In this document: in pieces, positions 9,781 to 16,888 of the stretch | Layout: the number at the start of each line of letters is the position of its first letter | Numbering within the stretch: position 1 is the stretch's first letter | DNA from: an uncultured Planctomycetia bacterium | GTDB taxonomy: Bacteria > Omnitrophota > Gorgyraeia > 2-02-FULL-51-18 | Assembly: GCA_964642015.1 (NCBI GenBank) | Contig: CAZXLF010000005.1 | Span: 75,847-139,846, forward strand | Length of the DNA: 64,000 nt | Reading direction: 5' to 3' | The notes under the pieces: generated by a model | Seen by the model: the letters and a program-made list of their open reading frames with translations, nothing else | The model's database searches: none | Told to the model about the DNA's origin: nothing | Translations under genes and position numbers: made by a program

Positions 9781-10377
9781 CTATGAGAGATAGAACTTTC
9801 TTTTGAAAATACCGTCCCCGCCTGTCCGCATTTCAATCTCAAGCCAATCGGGCATCTTCAATGGGTTCGACCAGGATTCCGAGACGATCTCCTTGCTGGT
9901 ATCTTTGTCCAAATAACCGTAAGTCAGATGAAACATTTTCACATCATCCAAAAAAATCAAAGCGCCCTGTTCGACAGGGATTTCCTTAAGCGCATCACCT
10001 CTGAACAACGCGTTTCTGTAAATCTTATCCTGCTTAAAAAAATAAACGACACGGGCAAAATGAGGGGACGTCCTTTTGATCTTTCCGTTCAATTCCTTTT
10101 CCCAGCGTTCTTTCAATGTAAAAAATTCGATCCGCGAAGCATCGCCTTTAAAATGACACTGAGTCACAGAATACGGAAATAGCTCTCTTAGATCATCTGC
10201 AAAAACCACAAAAAACCTGAAGAACGGCTCTCTTCGGCGCAAAATTTGGTCCGTTCTTCTGTAACTTCGGATACCCGAATTAAAAGCGCCTGACAGAGAA
10301 ACGACTACTATCGCTGATAGGGACAAAGCGATCAATATCTCAATTAAAGTCAAACCCGAGTTTTTCCTGAGTCTCAT
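9781..10377 (-). CDS. gspJ: T2SS minor pseudopilin J.
   Basis: Prepilin motif G|LTLIEILIALSL with E at +5. The start was moved to the internal ATG at 10377, because the ORF-track start at 10449 adds an implausible 24-aa leader. Confidence 0.7.
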   Translation of the reverse strand: MRLRKNSGLTLIEILIALSLSAIVVVSLSGAFNSGIRSYRRTDQILRRREPFFRFFVVFADDLRELFPYSVTQCHFKGDASRIEFFTLKERWEKELNGKIKRTSPHFARVVYFFKQDKIYRNALFRGDALKEIPVEQGALIFLDDVKMFHLTYGYLDKDTSKEIVSESWSNPLKMPDWLEIEMRTGGDGIFKRKFYLS

Positions 10378-10759
10378 CTCTTTTTTCCACAAGTATCGAT
10401 CGAACGATGATCGTCTCTTCTTTCCCTTCACGCATGGGATGCATTTCAAGTTTAAAACGGTACGTATCGAAACCCGGCGTAGAAAGATCCCAATCTTTAT
10501 CGAAAAAAGCTTTCACATGAACATTATCTTCTCGGGAGTTTATCGCCGAAACTTTTGCCAATACTTCTTCTCTCCCTTTCTGGTAATTCAAGTCGACCCA
10601 TTCCAACGAATCGATACTGGTTAATTGCAACTCACTGGCGTAAAGTGAGAGTTTTGAGGAGAAAGCGATGGTCTGAAGCGCGATCACGACTCCGAAAGCC
10701 AATAAAGCAACGGCGATCATGACTTCGAGAAGAAGAAAACCTCTTGAATCAAGCCGCAA
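10340..10759 (-). CDS. gspI: T2SS minor pseudopilin I.
   Basis: Prepilin motif RG|FLLLEVMIAVALLAF. 139 aa. Confidence 0.7.
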   Translation of the reverse strand: MRLDSRGFLLLEVMIAVALLAFGVVIALQTIAFSSKLSLYASELQLTSIDSLEWVDLNYQKGREEVLAKVSAINSREDNVHVKAFFDKDWDLSTPGFDTYRFKLEMHPMREGKEETIIVRSILVEKRDETQEKLGFDFN

Positions 10760-11210
10760 GTCTAAAATCTCCGAAAAAATCCTTCGAAGTCACTTTTCTG
10801 CTGTTCTTATTACTATCCTCAAACGTAATCTCGGCTGGGTCCAGACTCCCATCAGGGTAAAAAACGACGTTCGGAAAAGAACTTTTAATTGAGATCTGGT
10901 ACGGCAACTGTTTAAAAAGATGCTTCTCGTTCTGCTGCTCATACTCAAGCCAATAGCTTTTTTCGATGGAGTTGATCACCAGTTTGACCGGGTTCCCTTG
11001 GCTTCGGGCTCTCGAGCCTGCATAGCGCGTCACACTCATGAAATCTCTGACCACGCTGTCCAAACTTTCCTCTGATAGCCTGCCCGATATTCTGGGAAGA
11101 AGAAGCGCCGTGAAAATCCCCAAGATCGTGATGACCACGAGAAGTTCAATATATGTAAAACCGGAATTCCGCAAAAAATAGTTCTTATTTGAGTTCGCCG
11201 GCCATTTCAT
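10749..11210 (-). CDS. gspH: T2SS minor pseudopilin H.
   Basis: Prepilin motif SG|FTYIELLVVITILGI. The start is probably the second Met (MKWPANS...). Confidence 0.7.
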   Translation of the reverse strand: MKWPANSNKNYFLRNSGFTYIELLVVITILGIFTALLLPRISGRLSEESLDSVVRDFMSVTRYAGSRARSQGNPVKLVINSIEKSYWLEYEQQNEKHLFKQLPYQISIKSSFPNVVFYPDGSLDPAEITFEDSNKNSRKVTSKDFFGDFRLAA

Positions 11211-11638
11211 TATTCGGCTTTTGAAGAAGAGGACTGCCAATTGCCGATATCATCCTCATCCCCCTCTTCGCCGTCCGGACCTGTGGAAAATACATCATAA
11301 TCATTGCTGTGTTTACCTGGCTTTAGATAATGATAACGATTGCCCCAGGGGTCGACCGGTTTCTTTTTAAGGTAGGGGCCTTTCCAATTCTTGGCTGAGC
11401 TAGGCTGTGAAAGCAATGCCTCCAACCCTTCTTCGGTGGTCGGAAGTTTGCCATTGTCCACTTCATAAAGGTCCAATGCGAGAGGAATTGCTCCTGAAAC
11501 ATCGCTGCGCGCCACCTCCGTGCGCGCCTGCTCGCTACGGCCTAAAAGTCTCGGCATCACCATGGCGGCCAGCACGCCGATGATAATGATCACGAGCATG
11601 AGTTCGATCAGCGTAAAACCCTTGCTATTTTTAGCCAT
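11210..11638 (-). CDS. gspG: T2SS major pseudopilin G.
   Basis: Starts MAKNSKGFTLIELMLVIIIIGVLAA. The DPWGNRYHY...PG...YDVFSTGPDG motif is diagnostic of GspG. Confidence 0.9.
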   Translation of the reverse strand: MAKNSKGFTLIELMLVIIIIGVLAAMVMPRLLGRSEQARTEVARSDVSGAIPLALDLYEVDNGKLPTTEEGLEALLSQPSSAKNWKGPYLKKKPVDPWGNRYHYLKPGKHSNDYDVFSTGPDGEEGDEDDIGNWQSSSSKAE

Positions 11639-11649
11639 TGTATTATTCG

Positions 11650-12855
11650 CTATCTTACCAAAAAATTAATTTCAAAAATAGGCAAAAGCATGGATATCAC
11701 GATGAATCCTACGACCAAGCCGACAATGAGGATCACCATCGGTTCGAGTATTTTGGCAAAAATTTTTAACGATCCGTCCACTTCGCTTTCATAATCCTCA
11801 GCGATCCGCGAAAGGGTCTGATCCAGATTCCCCGTTTTTTCGCCGACCATGATCATCTGAACGGCCATTTCGGGAAAAATGCCAAGTTGTTTCAATGCTT
11901 CAGAAAAACTAGCTCCACCGAATATATTTTCCAGGATCATCTTCATCTTTTGTTTCAAGAACTCATTGTCAACGATGGAGATCGATGTCTGAAGAGCGCT
12001 GGCAAGAGGAATACCGCTCGAATAAAGAAGTGATAATACGCGTGATAGCCGGCCTATCTGAGCTTTAAATAAAAGAGGTCCAAAAAAAGGAATTTGAATT
12101 TTGACCCTATCATATATTGATCGATTTTTCACATCTTTCAATAACGTCATTGCCAGAGCCCAGACAATGCCCAAAAATAAAACGATGAAAAAACTGTTCT
12201 TTATAAGAAACGAGGAGATAAAAATAAGTATTTGAGTCGGGAGCGGCAATGCTTGTCCCATCTCTTTGAATACCATTACGATCTTAGGGACCACAAAAAA
12301 GAGCAGAGCAAAAATGGTCAAAAATCCCGTAAATATCACAAAAAACGGGTAGATCAGACTGTCCACCAGAGATCTCTTGTAATTTTGGGCCTTTTCCAAA
12401 TATTCAGACAGCCGTTTCAGTGTTTCCTTAAGTTTTCCGGAAGTCTCACCGGCATAGACCAATGCAATATACAGACTCGAGAAGATATTCGGATATTTTT
12501 TCATGCTATCCGATAGAGAACTGCCTTCCTTGATATCGCGGATCATATCTATCAGGATCGTTTTAAGCCCTACGCTCGGATTATTTTTAGAAAGCGAGTT
12601 CAGCGCCTCCATCACCGTAACGCCCGAATCGACAAGAGTAGCAAGCTGAGAAGTAAAAAGGATAAGATGCGCAGGTTTTACTTTTTTTGGAAAAAAAGAA
12701 AGATGAAAATTTTGAGCCGTTTGTGCGTTCACTTCCAAAGGAAAATAGCCTAATTGTTGGAGTCGAAAAACCGCGTCCGAGACGGATTCCGCCTCTAAAT
12801 CTCCTTGGATGATCTGCATAGGATCTTGTTTGGCTTTATAGACAAAGCGTGTCAT
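11650..12855 (-). CDS. gspF: T2SS inner-membrane platform protein F.
   Basis: 401 aa polytopic GspF/PilC-family sequence with two repeated cytoplasmic domains. Confidence 0.9.
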   Translation of the reverse strand: MTRFVYKAKQDPMQIIQGDLEAESVSDAVFRLQQLGYFPLEVNAQTAQNFHLSFFPKKVKPAHLILFTSQLATLVDSGVTVMEALNSLSKNNPSVGLKTILIDMIRDIKEGSSLSDSMKKYPNIFSSLYIALVYAGETSGKLKETLKRLSEYLEKAQNYKRSLVDSLIYPFFVIFTGFLTIFALLFFVVPKIVMVFKEMGQALPLPTQILIFISSFLIKNSFFIVLFLGIVWALAMTLLKDVKNRSIYDRVKIQIPFFGPLLFKAQIGRLSRVLSLLYSSGIPLASALQTSISIVDNEFLKQKMKMILENIFGGASFSEALKQLGIFPEMAVQMIMVGEKTGNLDQTLSRIAEDYESEVDGSLKIFAKILEPMVILIVGLVVGFIVISMLLPIFEINFLVR

Positions 12856-12858
12856 AGA

Positions 12859-14580
12859 TTATTCTGAAGCTGTTTCATTCTCGATCTGCGTGACTCGAAA
12901 CACTTCCATCAATGTCGTCAGACCGGAAAACGCCTTCAGGATACCGTCTTCCCTTAACGTCTTCATGCCTTGGCTGATCGCGACCTTTTCGATCTCCTGG
13001 CTTGAGGCGCGGCGGATAATAAGTTTCCGGATGGCTTCGTTCATCAGGATCACTTCATGGATGGCCATGCGTCCCCTATAACCAGTAAAACGGCATGCTT
13101 CACAGCCGCGTCCTTCCAAAAAATCGGCTTTGGATAGATCAAGGCGGGTATCTTTTATCCTATCCAACCATCTTTGTTTTGCTTCGCCGGAAAGACGCTC
13201 TTTACAATCCGGGCAGACCGTGCGGACCAGCCGCTGGGCGACTATACATTCAAGCGATGAAGCCACCAAAAAAGGCTCCAACCCCATATCCAAAAGTCTC
13301 GTGACGGCCCCCGGGGCATCATTCGTATGGAGCGTCGAAAGCACCAAGTGCCCGGTCAAAGCGGAGCGGATAGCGATCTCGGCCGTTTCGATGTCGCGCA
13401 CTTCCCCGATCATGATCACATCGGGATCATGACGCAAGATATGACGCAAAGCCAAAGCGAAATCAAGACCGATCTGCGGACTGACTTGAATTTGATTGAT
13501 CCCGCGTAATTGATATTCGACCGGATCTTCGGTCGTAACGATCTTGACCGATGAAGAATTCAACTTTGCAAGACAAGCGTAAAGCGTGGTGGATTTTCCG
13601 GCTCCGGTCGGACCGGTTACGAACACGATCCCGTGTAGTTTTTCGATCGCGTGTTCCAACTTTGCTCGGCTGTCGGTAGAAAGCCCTAATTTTCCGATCT
13701 CCAAGAAAAGTCCGGAGCTCAAGATGCGGATCTGAACCGATTCTCCAAAAATGGTCGGGATCGTCGAGACGCGCAGGTCCAGTTCCTCTTCATTCACTTT
13801 GATCTTGATGCGCCCGTCTTGCGGTAAGCGGCGGTCCGCAATATTCATTTTCGCCATGATCTTGATACGAGACACGATAGCAGGCTGAAAATAGCGCACA
13901 GTTTCAGGGACCGGTACTTCATAAAGCAGGCCATCAATGCGAAAACGGACTCTCAACTGCTCTTGGAACGGTTCTATATGAATATCTGTCGCGCGTTGTT
14001 TGACGGCCTCCGATAAGACCTGATTAACGAATCGAATGATCGAAGCTTCATTTGCCATCGACTCGATATCTTCGGCATCTTCATTGGCCTTTTCCATCTC
14101 CAAGACGCCTTTCTGAGCGATGATCTTTTCGACCGTCTCGGCGCCGACCCCATAATATTTGCGTATAGCTTCCTCAATTTCGATCTCACTCGCCAAGGCG
14201 CCTTCCACTTCCAGCTCTAAAAAAAGACGGAGGTCGTCCAAAATACGGGTATCCATAGGGTCCGCCATGGCCACCGTCAAGCAATGATTCTCGAATTTGG
14301 TGGGGATCACTTTATAATGGCTGACAAATTTGGCGGGAACTTTTTGAATAACGGAAGCATGGATATGCTTTCCTTTCAAATGCACGTAAGGAATATTCAA
14401 CTGACGAGCTAAAAGCGAGAAAACTTTTTCTTCAGAGGCAAAACCTAATTGTACAAGTGCCGTACAAATCAGCATCCCTGTCTTTTTCTGTTCCCGAAGA
14501 CCACGGTCAAGCTGTTCTGAAGTAATGACTCCGTTCTCTACTAAAATTTGCCCTATTTTGATGTTACTAACAGTAGTCAT
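12859..14580 (-). CDS. gspE: T2SS assembly ATPase E.
   Basis: GspE N-terminal domain. Walker A is GPTGAGKSTTLYA. A C-terminal tetracysteine motif is present (CPDC...CEAC). Confidence 0.9.
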   Translation of the reverse strand: MTTVSNIKIGQILVENGVITSEQLDRGLREQKKTGMLICTALVQLGFASEEKVFSLLARQLNIPYVHLKGKHIHASVIQKVPAKFVSHYKVIPTKFENHCLTVAMADPMDTRILDDLRLFLELEVEGALASEIEIEEAIRKYYGVGAETVEKIIAQKGVLEMEKANEDAEDIESMANEASIIRFVNQVLSEAVKQRATDIHIEPFQEQLRVRFRIDGLLYEVPVPETVRYFQPAIVSRIKIMAKMNIADRRLPQDGRIKIKVNEEELDLRVSTIPTIFGESVQIRILSSGLFLEIGKLGLSTDSRAKLEHAIEKLHGIVFVTGPTGAGKSTTLYACLAKLNSSSVKIVTTEDPVEYQLRGINQIQVSPQIGLDFALALRHILRHDPDVIMIGEVRDIETAEIAIRSALTGHLVLSTLHTNDAPGAVTRLLDMGLEPFLVASSLECIVAQRLVRTVCPDCKERLSGEAKQRWLDRIKDTRLDLSKADFLEGRGCEACRFTGYRGRMAIHEVILMNEAIRKLIIRRASSQEIEKVAISQGMKTLREDGILKAFSGLTTLMEVFRVTQIENETASE

Positions 14581-14644
14581 TGGGATAGGATCAGAATCTT
14601 AACATATTTTTCTAACCAATTTTTACAAAAATTAAATAAATATA

Positions 14645-14660
14645 TAAAATTATACCATAT
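14645..14660 (-). promoter_or_regulatory. Candidate sigma70 promoter with extended -10 (TGGTATAAT on the minus strand) for the gspE operon.
   Basis: AT-rich 130-nt region upstream of gspE. The minus-strand hexamer TATAAT is preceded by TGG and lies about 65-70 nt upstream of the gspE ATG. Confidence 0.35.
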
Positions 14661-14729
14661 AAAATCTGTAAATACCCTGATTTTAGGATGAAGAGATAAT
14701 AAGTCTCGGCGATGAGATCATATGGCTGC

Positions 14730-15029
14730 TCAATGCGGCTTGTTTTTCTCAAACCAATTCATGATCTGCCAGCTTATGCCATCAGAATATTCATGGTCCA
14801 ATCCGCCCAATATCATGAGCTTTATGGGATACTGCTGGTTTGTCAGAACACTTTTCATATATTCCGCTTGGCCGGGGTCGACAAGATGATCGTTCTTCCC
14901 ATGTAGAATAAGAACAGGAATGCGCCGACTTGAGGATGGGTCGGGACGGGCATGGTTTTCTAACCATTGATAGGAACCCGCGTGGCCTGCATGATAAAAA
15001 ATTGACCTTTTCCTGGGTGCACGGTGCCT
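14730..15029 (-). pseudogene. C-terminal remnant of an alpha/beta-hydrolase-fold enzyme, with no start codon.
   Basis: A 100-codon open frame bounded by TAA upstream and TGA downstream. It translates to ...RRIPVLILHGKNDHLVDPGQAEYMKSVLTNQQYPIKLMILGGLDHEYSDGISWQIMNWFEKNKPH. This is a hydrolase C-terminal region with no N-terminal half or initiator. Confidence 0.5.
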
Positions 15030-15049
15030 TTAGCCGGAAGGTGTGTTAT

Positions 15050-15562
15050 TTATGTGGCATTTATCTTTAATCCCGCCCGCTTGCATTCATAAAGAAAATC
15101 CGTTACTGACACATCGGTATCGATCCTTTGAGATTTGCCGGATGCTTTAACGACCAAAAAAGTAGGGTAGCCGGTAATTCCGAACTTTTTCATTAACCGG
15201 CTCTCTTGGTCGCCATCTATCTTTACCTTGACGACCGATCTTAGCGCGCTGGTGCCGCGAGAAGACCAAAGAATGTCCCTCGTGAATTGTTTACAATAAT
15301 GGCACCATGTGGCATAAAAATAAATGACGAACGCCTCACCGGTGATCTTTTGTTCTTCGACTGCTTTTTTATAGCCCGTCGAGTTTTCAAACCACGGATA
15401 GGATTTGCTTAACACCGGAGCAGGAGAGCTGGTCACGATCGGTCCTGAATCGCTCGGTGGATCCTTGCTATAGATGACCAATGTATCGTCATCTTGCGCA
15501 GCCAGAGCCAGTGCGGAGAAAAAAATCATGACGATAAAGGTCATGGCCGTTCTTTTAAACAT
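15050..15562 (-). CDS. Secreted thioredoxin-fold protein (TlpA/ResA-like).
   Basis: Signal peptide plus the WCHYC CxxC motif. 170 aa. Confidence 0.75.
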   Translation of the reverse strand: MFKRTAMTFIVMIFFSALALAAQDDDTLVIYSKDPPSDSGPIVTSSPAPVLSKSYPWFENSTGYKKAVEEQKITGEAFVIYFYATWCHYCKQFTRDILWSSRGTSALRSVVKVKIDGDQESRLMKKFGITGYPTFLVVKASGKSQRIDTDVSVTDFLYECKRAGLKINAT

Positions 15563-15635
15563 GATGCACCGTTGATGGTTTCATAAAAACTAATATACTA
15601 GACGCAGTTCGGTATACGGTATTTAAAAATATCTA

Positions 15636-15860
15636 ATTGCGGCGCGGTCCTCTCCCCCATTTGCTATATTCGACGAGGGGTTACTCTCGTTAGGACTCGT
15701 CGGCCGGAAAACTATATTCGGCCGAACCGCACCCCCTCCCGCGCACGTCGTCTGCGGCAGGCTTAAGGAAAGTTCATTTTTATCTTCAGCCGCAGAACCG
15801 AGGGGTGATGTGATTTATTAAGAACCCTCGGCTCCTGGGTCAGGGACGTTTCACTTTTTA
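15636..15860. ncRNA. GC-rich structured intergenic element, unassigned (candidate ncRNA or cis-regulatory leader).
   Basis: A 304-nt non-coding gap whose GC content is far above the flanking sequence. Perfect inverted repeats: CGACGAG/CTCGTCG, TCGGCCG/CGGCCGA and CCGAGGG/CCCTCGG. Direct repeats: CTATATTCG x2, CGAGGGGT x2 and a C5-TC motif x2. Confidence 0.3.
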
Positions 15861-15866
15861 TTGTTA

Positions 15867-16370
15867 TTATTTAATCGCCCTTAATAAAACTCTCCATTCG
15901 CCCATGGCTTTCTTATTTGATACGCGATCCAGAACCTCCGCACGAAAAACATAAATTCCAGGAGGATCTGTTTTTTCAAGCGTAAAATCAATGGCCGGGT
16001 CTAGCATTACAAAGCCTCTTTTTTTCATAATATGTTTATGGACATGCTGGTCAATTTGCTTCATAATTTTTTCGTTTTTAGGATTAATAACAAATAAGCT
16101 GCCTATCAAATCTGTACTTCCAAGTTTATTAAGGTCAAATCCTGATACCACGATACTAATATAAATTGTTTTATTAGGGCCAATCTCGTGAACTCTCTTA
16201 ATATGAATTGGATGTTCAGGACGAGTCGAAATCCATTCTTTTATATAGTCTGGAGTGTCTGCAGTGGCAACATAAACCGTTAAATTTGGCCCTGCTTCCA
16301 ATGAATAACCCGATGCAGGGAGAAAAACAAGACTTGATAAAATTAATAAAATTCGAATTAAGAAGATCAC
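15867..16370 (-). CDS. Small secreted protein, candidate second Rhs immunity protein.
   Basis: Signal peptide. AT-rich. Its start overlaps the upstream ORF's stop, and it lies downstream of the rhs C-terminus. Confidence 0.4.
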   Translation of the reverse strand: MIFLIRILLILSSLVFLPASGYSLEAGPNLTVYVATADTPDYIKEWISTRPEHPIHIKRVHEIGPNKTIYISIVVSGFDLNKLGSTDLIGSLFVINPKNEKIMKQIDQHVHKHIMKKRGFVMLDPAIDFTLEKTDPPGIYVFRAEVLDRVSNKKAMGEWRVLLRAIK

Positions 16371-16888
16371 GGTCTTCCACTTACTGCTACACGTATTTGA
16401 ACTGATTTATCTAATTTCGAAATCTGAGCATCAGGTTCTAAAACGGTTATCTTTACATACAAATTATCTGAGTTTCCTTTATACGGAATTGGAAACTCAT
16501 ACATTGAGAATTCTTTATACCTATCTCTTTTGTTTTCGGAACCAAAATAAGCTATTGGTTTTTCCACTATTACAGACTCTAATACGTGTATATCATTATA
16601 GAGTTCTATTAATAATCTCCCTTTGTAAATATAATCGATAGGAATACTCTCGGTATCTGAATAAAAACTAATCTGATAAATATCGTGATACTTCGCATTT
16701 AATTTATAGATTCGGTTAAAACCTTTTTCTGATAAATTAAAATTATCTTGGACAATGGACTTGTACAAATCGACCTTCGGAGCGATTGAGTTAAAGAAAT
16801 GTGCTAATCCTGGCTGGGAAGATATATACTTAAAACTGATTAAAAGAAGAATTACTGATATTAAGAAAAAGGATTTTTTATTAATCAT
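16367..16888 (-). CDS. Small secreted protein, candidate cognate Rhs immunity protein.
   Basis: Signal peptide. About 30% GC. The start codon overlaps the rhs stop (16888), the classic toxin-immunity arrangement. Confidence 0.45.
   Translation of the reverse strand: MINKKSFFLISVILLLISFKYISSQPGLAHFFNSIAPKVDLYKSIVQDNFNLSEKGFNRIYKLNAKYHDIYQISFYSDTESIPIDYIYKGRLLIELYNDIHVLESVIVEKPIAYFGSENKRDRYKEFSMYEFPIPYKGNSDNLYVKITVLEPDAQISKLDKSVQIRVAVSGRP

Noticed and set aside
15563-15866. The GC-rich element as tmRNA, RNase P RNA or SRP RNA.
   Set aside because: UUCGACGAGGGG resembles the tmRNA 5' region, but there is no GGGG acceptor start, no tag reading frame ending in ...AA-stop, and no T-arm/CCA end. 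The GGAAAGUUC and CAGAACC pieces resemble RNase P P4 strands but are 30 nt apart rather than about 250 nt. No GGAAGCAGC SRP motif is present.
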